Source: Gammaproteobacteria bacterium
Lineage (GTDB): Bacteria; Pseudomonadota; Gammaproteobacteria; Eutrophobiales; Eutrophobiaceae
Length of the DNA stretch: 64,000 nt
Reading direction: 5' to 3'
Assembly (NCBI GenBank): GCA_965222155.1
Contig: CBDCTH010000012.1
Location: 1,120,001 to 1,184,000 of the forward strand
Part shown: piece by piece, positions 38,480 to 48,160 of the stretch
Numbering within the stretch: the first letter of the stretch is position 1
Layout of the letters: the number at the start of each line of letters is the position of its first letter
Position numbers and translations under genes: made by a program
The notes under the pieces: model-generated
Databases searched by the model: none
Told to the model about the DNA's origin: nothing
What the model saw: only the letters and a program-made list of their open reading frames with translations

Positions 38480-39508
38480 ATGAAGACACAAGATCTGTTC
38501 GGTTCCTTTTTTGACCCCCAGGACAAACGGCTGGCTAAACTGGGCGATCCGTTACTGTGTCTGGCGGAGACGGTAGACTGGGAGCAGTTTCGGCCGTTGT
38601 TGGAGCAGGTCAAGCCGGCGCTACGCAAGCGCAATGCGGGGGCGCCGCGGCGGGACGTGGTGCTGATGTTCAAGGGGTTGGTGCTACAGGATTTATACGG
38701 GTTGAGTGATGAGCAGTTGGAATATCAGCTAGAGGACCGGCGCAGTTTTCAACGGTTTTTGGGGTTGAACAGTTATCGACGGGCGCCGGCTGCGAAGACG
38801 TTCTGGGCGTTTCGGGAGCGGTTGGTGGCGTTAGGGTTGATGGGGGATTTGTTTGAGCAGTTTGCGGCGCAGTTACAGGGTTTGGGGTATCGGGCGCGCA
38901 AGGGGCAGTGGGTGGATGCCTCGCTGGTACCGGTGCCGGTGCAGCGCAACACGCGGGCGGAGACTGCGCTGATTAAGGCGGGTGAGACACCGACGGACTG
39001 GCGTGCGGCGAAGCGGCGTCAGAAGGCTACGCAGGCGCGCTGGACGAAGCAGCACGGCAACGCGTATTTTGGCTATAAGAATCACGTGAATGTGGACCGG
39101 GCGCACAAGCTGATACGGACCTATGAGGTGACGGCGGCGAATGTGCATGATTCGCAGAAGTTGGATGACCTGCTGGATGGGGGCAACAGCAGCAAGGCGG
39201 TGTGGGCGGACAGCGCCTGGCGTTCGGCAGAACAGGAAGGGCGCTTACGGGATAAGGGCTATCGCAGTCACATCCAACGCAAGGGGACGCGCAAGCGGCC
39301 GTTGACGGCCCGGGAGAAACAAGGCAAGCGCACCCGGGCGAAGGTGCGGGCTCGGGTGGAACATGTATTTGGCGCGCAGTGCACGTTACGGGCGAAGGCG
39401 TTACGTTGTATCGGGCCGGCGCGCAGTGAGTTAGCCATTGGGATGATGAATCTGGTGTACAACATGCGGCGTTTGTGTTATCTGCAAGGGGTCCGTGTGC
39501 CGGCCTGA
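38480..39508 (+). CDS. IS5-family transposase (probably degenerate)
   Basis: DPLLCLAETVDWEQFR, GLSDEQLEYQLEDRRSF, VDASLV, YFGYKNH, NVHDS, ADS and RARVEHVFG; several normally conserved residues look substituted. Confidence 0.88.
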   Translation: MKTQDLFGSFFDPQDKRLAKLGDPLLCLAETVDWEQFRPLLEQVKPALRKRNAGAPRRDVVLMFKGLVLQDLYGLSDEQLEYQLEDRRSFQRFLGLNSYRRAPAAKTFWAFRERLVALGLMGDLFEQFAAQLQGLGYRARKGQWVDASLVPVPVQRNTRAETALIKAGETPTDWRAAKRRQKATQARWTKQHGNAYFGYKNHVNVDRAHKLIRTYEVTAANVHDSQKLDDLLDGGNSSKAVWADSAWRSAEQEGRLRDKGYRSHIQRKGTRKRPLTAREKQGKRTRAKVRARVEHVFGAQCTLRAKALRCIGPARSELAIGMMNLVYNMRRLCYLQGVRVPA

Positions 39509-39532
39509 CGGAGACAACGCCTGACCGGCATA

Positions 39533-39601
39533 CCTTGCATTTTAGGGGGCTCACTCCGGATTTGCAAGGTATTTATAAGTAATCAATTAAATAAACCCTG
39601 T
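39533..39601 (-). promoter_or_regulatory. Orphan copy of the AAA-DUF4143 promoter/operator region
   Basis: Identical to 44814-44882 (CCTTGCATTTTAGGGGGCTCACTCCGGATTTGCAAGGTATTTATAAG...). Confidence 0.8.
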
Positions 39602-39775
39602 AAAAGCAAAACATACAGTTTGCCGGGACGCAGCGACCCCACCAGCAACAGGCCGGATTGCGTCTCCGCCATCTGGAGGAAATTATCGTCACCTGTTCCC
39701 GCACCAGCCGGGAGCCGGCTGATGGGTTCACTCAAATGTGGAGGTTCAAGTCCTCTCCTGACCGTAAGTTGAAGA

Positions 39776-40297
39776 TTACGCCCTACTTCCCCTTAAAAGC
39801 AGCTCTGACATCTCAGCCAGACCTATAGCTTCCACGCCCTGTGAAATCGGATATCTGTCGTCACCTGCATAAACCACAAAGCTTTTATTCGGTTGTATGT
39901 CTTCGCAGGCGTGGTAGAAGCCCTTTTTCGGTTTTGCCGACAAAGCCCTCTTAATCTCAATGACCCATATTTCAGAAATCCCCGGGAACTCCAGCACGAG
40001 GTCTACTTCGGCTCCTGCCGAGGTCCGGTAGAAGCTGGCAAGCGGCATGTCTTTAACGACCGACAACAAATTCTTAATTCAGTAATGACCCCTGCCCATG
40101 GGACAACATCTTCCACAGTCTTTCCAGTGTCTCAGCCGGAATGCGAGGCCCGAATTGCGCAACATCACGTTCCAGATAAGTCCGGATAAAGTCTTTTCTC
40201 AGCTTAAAGCTATCCCTGTCAGATTTTGCCAGGTAGCTGTCCGGGAACCCGCCTCTTATCCAAAGGCGGTTCATTGCGTTATCCGCTATTCCAACTT
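39776..40297 (-). pseudogene. Truncated, internally deleted duplicate of the AAA/DUF4143 ATPase at 42242
   Basis: Near-identical to the 3' part of 42242-43423; the 5' part and ~250 bp between SLLN and NLLSVV are missing. Confidence 0.9.
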
Positions 40298-40314
40298 CCA
40301 TAAATACAAGGTGG

Positions 40315-40911
40315 TTAGCTGGTTCCATATTTCCTCATTGCCTCTACGACTTGGGCAGTCTGCTGGCTATCAATTTTCGCCCCATGAATTCCACCTCCTT
40401 CGGCCCGGAGATCTTCAACGTGCAATGCCTTCGTTAACATATCTAGCGACGGTCCTCTATGGCTGCACTGGAGATTCATTGCCTGTGCCCAGGGAATAGC
40501 CGCTTTCTGACTGCAAAACACGCCCTGAACTTTTGGTAGTTTCAAACAGTACCGTTCGACGTGGTCGAGCAGGATGGGCCAATCGAAACTCGCGTTGTGA
40601 ATCACGATAAGCTGATCCGCCAAGTAGCCGGCAATCTGATTCCACTGGGACTCAAAGGATTCAAACCCGGTGGCCTGTTCGTTGGTAATGCCGTGTACTG
40701 CTTGCGCTTCGTCTGAAATGCATCGTTGCGGTCGCGTTTCAAACTCTACGGATTCCGTAATCTCTCGATTCCTCACCACTATTATGCCTAGGGTGACGAT
40801 ATCCGGCAGGCCGTTGTCATCGGGAAGACCGGTGGTTTCGGTATCGAGAACGAGGTAATCGTCCGGCAGTTGGGTGAATATCCATAGCAGCTCGCTGTAC
40901 ATCGCCATCAC
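40315..40911 (-). CDS. DEDDh 3'-5' exonuclease (DnaQ-like)
   Basis: VLDTETTG, AVHGIT, HNASFD and HGAKIDS motifs; GTGA overlap with the RES toxin stop. Confidence 0.88.
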   Translation of the reverse strand: MMAMYSELLWIFTQLPDDYLVLDTETTGLPDDNGLPDIVTLGIIVVRNREITESVEFETRPQRCISDEAQAVHGITNEQATGFESFESQWNQIAGYLADQLIVIHNASFDWPILLDHVERYCLKLPKVQGVFCSQKAAIPWAQAMNLQCSHRGPSLDMLTKALHVEDLRAEGGGIHGAKIDSQQTAQVVEAMRKYGTS

Positions 40912-41600
40912 CTCCTGCCACTACCGTCCAGCGATCCAACCTCAACGATCGTTCCTTGGTTATAGTGGTAACGCAGATAACGCCAGTGGATCGCATCCGA
41001 GAGCGCTCTGGCCCGCATGACCCCATAGCAGTCACCGTCCGCTCTGACACTTTGGTAGTGAACGCCGTAACTTTTGGCATCCCGCAACGCGCAGCCAAGC
41101 TGCTGTGCTGTCACATACTCACCGGGATCGTAAATAGCGTCACCTGCCAGATGTCGCACGTCATGCAGGGTAACCGTTCCCAGCTGCGCCCGAATAACGC
41201 GCATCTCCTGCGTAGTTTTCTCAATTCCGGATTCCCGCAGGAATCGTGCCCGGTGGAAAGATGACTCGGCGATGGCCACCGCCTCGTCGGGAGCACAGTA
41301 ATAGATACCGAAATCCCGGTTGAAGCGGCCTCCACGGCCATCCACGGGTGGATGGGTGAAAGCCGCCATTATCCAGGATGCGCCATCGCCGTACACCCGG
41401 TCTTCCGGTGGTACCAGGCGGATATCACCCACTTCATCGCGCAGCCTGGGGTTGGTCAGCGCCTCAACTGCATAGAGTACGTCCCAATCTTTTGGACCGG
41501 AGACCTGCTCGAACAGGCTGATCTGCGGATAGCGCGACAGAATGACCCGATAGACGAATTCATTCACTTCGCTATCAGGCAGGGTATTGATATCAATCAC
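40908..41600 (-). CDS. RES-domain toxin (NAD+ phosphorylase family)
   Basis: YRVI..RYP..LFE, TNPRLRDEVG, IMAAFTH..GRF, AIAE and YQSVR (R, E, S); GTG at 41600 overlaps the antitoxin stop, so the track start at 41912 is too far upstream. Confidence 0.88.
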   Translation of the reverse strand: MIDINTLPDSEVNEFVYRVILSRYPQISLFEQVSGPKDWDVLYAVEALTNPRLRDEVGDIRLVPPEDRVYGDGASWIMAAFTHPPVDGRGGRFNRDFGIYYCAPDEAVAIAESSFHRARFLRESGIEKTTQEMRVIRAQLGTVTLHDVRHLAGDAIYDPGEYVTAQQLGCALRDAKSYGVHYQSVRADGDCYGVMRARALSDAIHWRYLRYHYNQGTIVEVGSLDGSGRR

Positions 41601-41998
41601 CAGCCGCCCCGCTCCGCATCGAGGAAATTCCTGACCACGGCCAGGTCCACCACCTGACCGGCCAGCAAGCGATCCAGTGGTACCGTACCATTGAACAGCG
41701 GGTTGTCGTTGGGCGTGGCCAGCCACTGATCGGCCAACGCCTGGTCGGGCAATAGTATCTGCAGGGATTTGTAGATACCCAGGATATAGCTGGCCCGTTC
41801 CAGTAAATCCCGCGTCAGCTTGGCCTTTTCCGGCTGGCTCTTCCAGTTGTAGAGGGTCTTCTCGTTGCTGAGCCCCAACAAGGTCATCTGCTGGGCGCCG
41901 GTCAGGCGCCACTGGCTGAAAATATTGAAAATCGCAGGCAGCAATGAACTGGTGACATTGGAACCGCGTTGCAGCAATTGTTCGGCTTGAGCGAGCAT
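41597..41998 (-). CDS. Xre/MbcA/ParS-family antitoxin
   Basis: ATG 41998 after GGAGG; TLYNWK HTH, LERASYILGIYKSLQILLP..ADQW..PN.NPLFNG and VRNFLDAERGGW. Confidence 0.9.
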   Translation of the reverse strand: MLAQAEQLLQRGSNVTSSLLPAIFNIFSQWRLTGAQQMTLLGLSNEKTLYNWKSQPEKAKLTRDLLERASYILGIYKSLQILLPDQALADQWLATPNDNPLFNGTVPLDRLLAGQVVDLAVVRNFLDAERGGW

Positions 41999-42241
41999 GA
42001 TTACCTCCAATACTGTATCTTTACAGTGTTTTGATGCAGAATAGCAAACTGTATTATTACAGTCAACTGTATCAGAGATACTTTTTGAAGGCTCTGGCCG
42101 TAATGGTCACTGCAAAGGAAAACGCCAGCGCGAACGGCAGGATGATCCAGGACGGATACAAACTGACCGGCAATGCAGGTACTGTACCCGGGAGGCAAGT
42201 ATCAGCGGGGTGATACAGGTCCGGCCCTAAAAGCGTAAAAG

Positions 42242-43423
42242 CTACGCCCCACTTCTCCTTAACAGTAGCTCTGACATCTCAACCAGGCCTATAGCTTCCA
42301 CGCCCTGTGAAATCGGATATCTGTCGTCACCTGCATAAACCACAAAGCATTTATTCGGCTGTATGTCTTCGCAGGCGTGGTAGAAGCCCTTTTTCGGTTT
42401 TGCCGACAAAGCCCTCTTAATCTCAATGACCCATATTTCAGAAATCCCCGGGAACTCCAGCACGAGGTCTACTTCGGCTCCTGCCGAGGTCCGGTAGAAG
42501 CTGGCAAGCGGCCTGTCTTTAACGACCGACAACAAATTCTCAATAACGAACCCTTCCCAGCTTGCGCCAACAACCGGATGACCCGACAACTGGTTATAGT
42601 CCTGGATATCAAGTAAGGCATGTACCAGCCCACTGTCTCTGACATATACCTTTGGCGATTTAACCAAGCGTTTGCCGACATTCACATGAAACGGTCGAAG
42701 TCGCCGGACCAATAACAGATCAACCAACAGGTCAATATATCTGGTTACAGTCGGCGCTGACAGAGACAATGCCGCCGCCAGGTTGGAAGCATTCAGTAAC
42801 GACCCCTGCCCATGGGACAACATCTTCCACAGTCTTTCCAGTGTCACCGCCGGAATGCGAGGCCCGAATTGCGGGACATCACGTTCCAGATAAGTCCGAA
42901 TAAAGTCTTTTCTCAGCTTAAAGCTATCCCTGTCAGATTTTGCCAGGTAGCTGTCCGGGAACCCGCCTCTTATCCAAAGGCGGTTCATTGCGTTATCCGC
43001 TATTCCAACTTCCGTTATATCCAAAGGCCGCATATCGACATACTCGATACGCCCGGCCAGCGACTCCCCGGATTGCCTTAACAGGTCAATCGATGCCGAT
43101 CCCAGAATCAGGAACCGCCCTGTTCGTTTTCCCTTCCGGCGACCTCTATCAATGATCCCCCGCAAAGTCCGGAATAGTTCGGGGGTACGGTGGATCTCAT
43201 CCAGAACGACCAACTTGTCTTCATATTGATCTAAAAACAGCGCCGGTTCAGACAGCTTCTCCCGATCATTGCTGTCTTCCAGGTCCAGATACAGCGCATC
43301 CCTCTCCCCGGTCAACTCATAAGCCAGTGTCGTCTTACCAACCTGGCGCGGCCCGATCAAGGCCACCGCGGCCTGGCGACCCAGTGCTTCTCTTACCTGT
43401 TCCTTGACTCTTCTCTCAATCAT
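42242..43423 (-). CDS. AAA+ ATPase with DUF4143 C-terminal domain (copy A)
   Basis: GPRQVGKTT, LDEIH, LGSAS, ESLAGR, RGGFP, YLERD, KSPKVYVRDSG and EVDLV..IEIK; start probably ATG 43423. Confidence 0.9.
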   Translation of the reverse strand: MIERRVKEQVREALGRQAAVALIGPRQVGKTTLAYELTGERDALYLDLEDSNDREKLSEPALFLDQYEDKLVVLDEIHRTPELFRTLRGIIDRGRRKGKRTGRFLILGSASIDLLRQSGESLAGRIEYVDMRPLDITEVGIADNAMNRLWIRGGFPDSYLAKSDRDSFKLRKDFIRTYLERDVPQFGPRIPAVTLERLWKMLSHGQGSLLNASNLAAALSLSAPTVTRYIDLLVDLLLVRRLRPFHVNVGKRLVKSPKVYVRDSGLVHALLDIQDYNQLSGHPVVGASWEGFVIENLLSVVKDRPLASFYRTSAGAEVDLVLEFPGISEIWVIEIKRALSAKPKKGFYHACEDIQPNKCFVVYAGDDRYPISQGVEAIGLVEMSELLLRRSGA

Positions 43424-43460
43424 CCTTGTATTTTGAAACAAATATTTTCAATTTGCAAGG
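43424..43460 (-). promoter_or_regulatory. Sigma70-like promoter inside a palindrome, abutting the start codon
   Basis: Minus strand reads CC-TTGCAA-N17-CAAAAT-ACAAGG-ATG. Confidence 0.6.
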
Positions 43461-43530
43461 ATTAATTCAAGCTACGTTGGGTTACGTGCGTATTGTTGGT
43501 TTTTGATGCCACCCGGTGCCGGACGCGGAA

Positions 43531-43549
43531 TCATTCCCACTCGATTGTA
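43531..43549 (-). other. Duplicate of the guaA 3' end (att-like site)
   Basis: TCATTCCCACTCGATTGTA versus guaA 50269-50287 TCATTCCCACTCAATCGTA (17/19); both read TIEWE* on the minus strand. Confidence 0.75.
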
Positions 43550-43642
43550 AATAAGTAATTATTTTTCTTTATATTCAATATTTTATAATTATCCATACAC
43601 CCCAATACCATGAAATATACCATGTTCAAAAATTATAAAAGA

Positions 43643-44812
43643 TCAGCCTGAATGAAGTCTTTCCATAAGCGCCGACAGAGAAATGATGTTCACATCATTA
43701 CCCACAGGAAACTCATCGTCACCACCGTAAAGGATGTATTTATGCGTTGCGCCAACATCATCACAGGTTTGGCTGTAGTGCTTGCCGAGTTTGGGGGCAA
43801 CGCCATGTTTGATCTCTATGGCCCAGATTTCAGACGATGGCATCCTGATAACCAGATCAACCTCTGCTCCGGCGGCTGTTCGGTAAAAGTAGGTTTCTGC
43901 GCGACCCGGCAGTATCGAAAGAATATTTTCAACCGCAAAGCCTTCCCAACTCTTACCCAAAACCGGATTAGACAGCAATTCATCGTAGCTGTTGATACCT
44001 AGCAACCGGTGCAGAATACCGCTGTCACGGACGTAATAACGGGGTGATTTCACTAAGCGCTTTTTGACGTTGGCATGCCCGGGATCAAGGCGCCTGACCA
44101 GCAAAAGGTCCGTCAGAATATCAATGTAATTACTTACCGTCTTAGCATCGACTTCCAGATTCGAAGCCAGCTTGGAATAGTTAATGGTTTCACCCTGCAA
44201 ATGAGCCAACATCGTCCACAGTCGGCGCAACCTTGCTGCGGGAACACGGAAGCCCATTTGCGGGACGTCACGTTCAAGATAAGTGCGAACCAGATTTTCA
44301 AGCCAGTCCATGGCCAAGTCATCATCTGTTGCCAGATAGCTGTCGGGAAAACCTCCCCGTAGCCAAAGGGTCTGCCGATCCTGTTGGTTACCATCAATCT
44401 CAGCAAGGTTCAGGCCGCTCATCCCGATATAACTAATCCGACCAGCCAGGCTTTCCGAAGACTGATGCATCAAATCCATTGATGCCGATCCAAGCAGCAA
44501 AAACTGACCCGCTCTACGACCCTGCTCCCGGTTTTTATCAATCAGACCCCGTAGCACAGGGAACAATTCCGGACTTCGCTGTATTTCATCCAGAATAACC
44601 AGCTTATCGGCATGAGCGCTTAAAAAACTGGTGGGATCGCTGAGCTTCAGCAGATCCTCGGGAGCTTCCAAATCGAGGTAAATTGAATCGATGCTTTTAG
44701 CAATGGTTTTTGCAAGCGTCGTCTTACCGACCTGGCGCGCGCCAAGCAATGCGACCGCAGGCACTTGTGTGATCATTGCTTGAAGTTTTTCTGTAATTTG
44801 GCGCTCTAACAC
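43643..44812 (-). CDS. AAA+ ATPase with DUF4143 C-terminal domain (copy B)
   Basis: GARQVGKTT, LDEIQ, LGSAS, ESLAGR, RGGFP, KSPRYYVRDSG and EVDLV..IEIK; start probably GTG 44812 (or ATG 44821). Confidence 0.9.
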   Translation of the reverse strand: MLERQITEKLQAMITQVPAVALLGARQVGKTTLAKTIAKSIDSIYLDLEAPEDLLKLSDPTSFLSAHADKLVILDEIQRSPELFPVLRGLIDKNREQGRRAGQFLLLGSASMDLMHQSSESLAGRISYIGMSGLNLAEIDGNQQDRQTLWLRGGFPDSYLATDDDLAMDWLENLVRTYLERDVPQMGFRVPAARLRRLWTMLAHLQGETINYSKLASNLEVDAKTVSNYIDILTDLLLVRRLDPGHANVKKRLVKSPRYYVRDSGILHRLLGINSYDELLSNPVLGKSWEGFAVENILSILPGRAETYFYRTAAGAEVDLVIRMPSSEIWAIEIKHGVAPKLGKHYSQTCDDVGATHKYILYGGDDEFPVGNDVNIISLSALMERLHSG

Positions 44813-44813
44813 A

Positions 44814-44850
44814 CCTTGCATTTTAGGGGGCTCACTCCGGATTTGCAAGG
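44814..44850 (-). promoter_or_regulatory. Sigma70-like promoter inside a palindrome, abutting the start codon
   Basis: Minus strand reads CC-TTGCAA-N17-TAAAAT-GCAAGG-T-GTG. Confidence 0.65.
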
Positions 44851-45155
44851 TATTTATAAGTAATCAATTAAATAAACCCTGTTCCTGATCCTTCATGTAA
44901 CGCTTTCGAATTAATGGAACGTGAGTGGAATGCAACAGCAGTAACATTGTGAATTTCTTCATGAATGATATACCGTCAATGAACCTGGGAACGGAAACCC
45001 GGTCAAAGGGTAATGCACCTGATCCGGAGTATTATATCTGATACTGGTATACCAGACCGCGCTAAAACCATTAACACTATTCGCTGTCCCTGGGGTTTCC
45101 AGGAATTCCGGATGATGATATTTTCCCTTACCATTAGACATAGGAGTTCAAGATT

Positions 45156-45370
45156 ATGCGCTGCGAAGAAATAGATTATCAAATTTTCGGTAACGACATG
45201 CAGGTCGTGGAAGTGGAACTGGACCCGGGCGAGACTGTGATTGCCGAGGCCGGCGCCACCAACTGGATGGATGACGGAATTACCTTCGAAGCCTGGATGA
45301 GCGATGGCTCCCGGCCCGATGAAGGGCTGATGGGACAATTGTTAGGCGCCGGCAAACGCGCCCTGACCGG
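45156..45370 (+). pseudogene. TIGR00266/AIM24-family 5' fragment
   Basis: [41 protein letters not shown], then similarity is lost. Confidence 0.8.
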
Positions 45371-45517
45371 TGTCAAACCGACACCTGAAGGCAGCAAACA
45401 GGCCCCATTAGCGGGTGGATGAAGGCGCATTCGGCAACCCATTGCATACATTTATATATACCAGGAACCCGCTTGCCTTCTCACACAGCGCCGCATCCGA
45501 AAACGTCAATTAATAGA

Positions 45518-46781
45518 CAGGGCAACCGCATACTTTTTTATATCTATTATAAGGACTGTCCAAATAGAATCTGCGCCCGTCTCGTATCACGCCACCCGGC
45601 CTGCTTGAGCTTCCCCCGCATACTGTTCTTGTGTGGGTGCAGCCGTGCCAGGTTCAAACAGAAGCGCCGGATTATCCCCACGTTCTCCGCCCCATTGCCC
45701 CGTCGTAGCCGACAGTCATCTTCCTTGAACGCCACGTCCAGCACCCAATGCGCCTTGTTCTCCACGTCCCAATGCTGACGTATCCCGCGCGCTACCCGCA
45801 CCGCAGCCACCGGCAGGGAACTGATAGAGTACTGTGTCTCGGTCTCCATGTCTTGCCCCGGCAGGTGTCGTTCCCGTTCCATCTCAATCACCGTTTGCAA
45901 CCCCGGCCACTTGACTGCCTCACTACTCCATGCCGTCACCCGCAGTTGCCGACAGACACGCCGCGCCACCCGGCCATGCCCCCCATCGACTTACCTCTAC
46001 ACCGCCAACGTCGCCGGCTTATCGCGCGTAACCTTATGAAAGTACGCCTTTATTTCCCGTTGTAAGGTCTTATGATTGGCCTTCAGACACAACGTGTAAT
46101 CGCCCCCCTTCTCGTGTATCTTCCGGGCAATCTTCTTCTGCGTGTTCATCGCATCCGCAGTAATATGTGCTCCTTTGACGTGCAACACATCCAACATCTC
46201 CAACACCGATGCCTGCTCGTTCTTCTTCCCCTTCGACTTCATCTGTGCCAGCACCAGCCCGCATTCATGGCCCCAGGCCGTGATGCTGTGCAAGGCCGCC
46301 TGCCTTTCCCCGTCATGGGAACTTTGTTGAGGTCTTCCCATCCAGGGCAATCTGCGCCTGGCCCTGCTCACGCCGGACCGCATTCACCCAATTCAAAAAC
46401 GCCCGGTTGAACTGCACCGGGTCCAGCGCCCGCACTACCCGCGCAATCGTATCATCCACCGGTATCCCGTTAGCAAATGGCCGGTAGTGCCGCAACCAGG
46501 CCAGCTTCTCATCACCAAAATCCTTGCTGTCTTTCCAGCCCTCTGCCCCCGACAGCACCGCACTCACTGTCAAAAACAGACTGTCCAACAGCGCATGTTT
46601 CACATTGATATCACGACGCGGGTCGTCAATCGTGGCCACATGCAAGTAAACTCACGGTTTTCTCCTCTGTTTGGGGTGAATACTGCTACGATCCCCACAA
46701 CATCCTTAAGTTCACTGCTTATTTATATCTCTTTAGAATAAAAAATCCCCTGCTTATGACAAAAAGTATGATCTTGCCCTG
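45518..46781 (-). mobile_element. ISAs1-family IS, transposase fragmented
   Basis: TIRs CAGGGCAACCGCATACTTTT / AAAAGTATGATCTTGCCCTG; 10-bp target duplication AATTAATAGA (45508-45517, 46782-46791); fragments with IDDPR, ALDGK, TADAM, LKAN and RQHWDVEN.AHW.LDV.F.ED. Confidence 0.92.
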
Positions 46782-46804
46782 AATTAATAGAGGTTCCCTT
46801 AAGA

Positions 46805-48010
46805 ATGTTGATGAGAAAACCTGTTCGTTTTGGTAAACTGTCTCCTATGGCGTTGACCTATAAAGACAACCCCTTCAGACCAGATTTTGGCGGCATCCCG
46901 CCGTTGCTGGCTGGGCGCACGGAGGAGTTGCTTGAACTGACCACTGGCCTGCAGCAGTTACAGGATGGGACAACCCCTGCTACCATCTTAATCAGTGCCC
47001 CGCGCGGCATGGGTAAGTCTGTACTGCTCAACAGATTGAAGGAGGAATCAGACAGGACAGGCATTAAAGTCAGGAAGAACCATGCTGGCGACATCAAAAC
47101 CCTGCAGCAACTGACGGAGTGGCTGGCGCCAGACCTGGTGGAAAGGACGCGGGCAAGTGGTGTCAGTGGCGGCGGAAAATTCCTGGGCGCAGGTGTTGAT
47201 TATAGGTCCAGCCAAGGAGCTGCCTTCGGTGAACCGGCCTGGACAATCAGACTTCAGAACACGCTGCTTGAGCGGCACCAGAATAAGCCGCTCATCATCT
47301 GCGTGGATGAGGCACACACGTTGATCCCCGAAGTAGCCCTGGCGCTGGGCAGTCTGCGTCACCAGATGAATGACAACAAGCGTCCGGTATGGCTGTTGCT
47401 GGCCGGTACGCCAGGATTGAGTGAGACACTTCGAGACGCAAAAGCCACTTTTATTGAACGGGTTACTCGTCTCAAACCGACCCTGTTATCGGCCGTGGAA
47501 TCAGCCGAGGTTCTGCATGTGCCACTGACGGAACGCGGCTGGCAGGTGAATGAGACAACGCTGGCGGATATTGTCGAGGATTCGCAGGGTTACCCCTACT
47601 TCCTGCAACTATGGGGTAGGGAAGTTTGGAAGGCAGGCGTCTCTCTGCGCCGGGCCCGGCTAGATGGTGACACCTTGGCCCGGGCTGCCGTCTCTGTAAA
47701 CAGGCAACGTGATGAGTTCTATTTCAACCGGTATGTCGAATTGATGGACACACCCCAATCAGACCTGTTTCAGGATGTTGATATTATCACCGTCACCTTG
47801 GCTGTCATCAATGTTGTGAGTCAACGCCAGGCCGCATCGCTGCTGGATATAAATGGTGCAATCAGCGCCTGTCTCCCGTCTAATAGAGTACCTGCACCCA
47901 TACGCAGGTATTTTGAAACAAAGGGGTTCATCTGGGCGGCTAAGCCTGATCAGTATGTGCCCGGTATCCCGTCCCTGATGGACTACGTTGAGGAAAAGCT
48001 TGATAGTTAG
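46805..48010 (+). CDS. P-loop ATPase (AAA_16/AAA_22-like) with a possible winged-helix C-terminus
   Basis: NPFRPDFG..PPLLAGR, APRGMGKS, CVDEAH, LAGTP and SQGYPYFLQLWG. Confidence 0.82.
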   Translation: MLMRKPVRFGKLSPMALTYKDNPFRPDFGGIPPLLAGRTEELLELTTGLQQLQDGTTPATILISAPRGMGKSVLLNRLKEESDRTGIKVRKNHAGDIKTLQQLTEWLAPDLVERTRASGVSGGGKFLGAGVDYRSSQGAAFGEPAWTIRLQNTLLERHQNKPLIICVDEAHTLIPEVALALGSLRHQMNDNKRPVWLLLAGTPGLSETLRDAKATFIERVTRLKPTLLSAVESAEVLHVPLTERGWQVNETTLADIVEDSQGYPYFLQLWGREVWKAGVSLRRARLDGDTLARAAVSVNRQRDEFYFNRYVELMDTPQSDLFQDVDIITVTLAVINVVSQRQAASLLDINGAISACLPSNRVPAPIRRYFETKGFIWAAKPDQYVPGIPSLMDYVEEKLDS

Positions 48011-48160
48011 AGGCAGAAACACACACCTGATCTGTCGATGACTCCCACACGTTGAGTCTTTATAACATATCTTATGTTTTTCGGGATCCGGTGGAATGGT
48101 GTATCTACTGAACCAGGGAAGGGAAGTCGGTTGTCGGTTATATTAACTTGTTGGGCAACA

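Larger units (their letters stand above)
38405..46798 (+). mobile_element. IS5-family ends separated by ~5.8 kb of other DNA and by an ISAs1 insertion
   Basis: Left IR GGGAACCTCTATTTATT after TTAA (38401-38404); right IR AATTAATAGAGGTTCCC before TTAA (46799-46802). Confidence 0.7.

Noticed and set aside
41601-41912. Long N-terminal extension of the RES ORF as an overlapping gene
   Set aside because: It is an alternate frame of the antitoxin; GTG 41600 gives a normal-sized, translationally coupled toxin.
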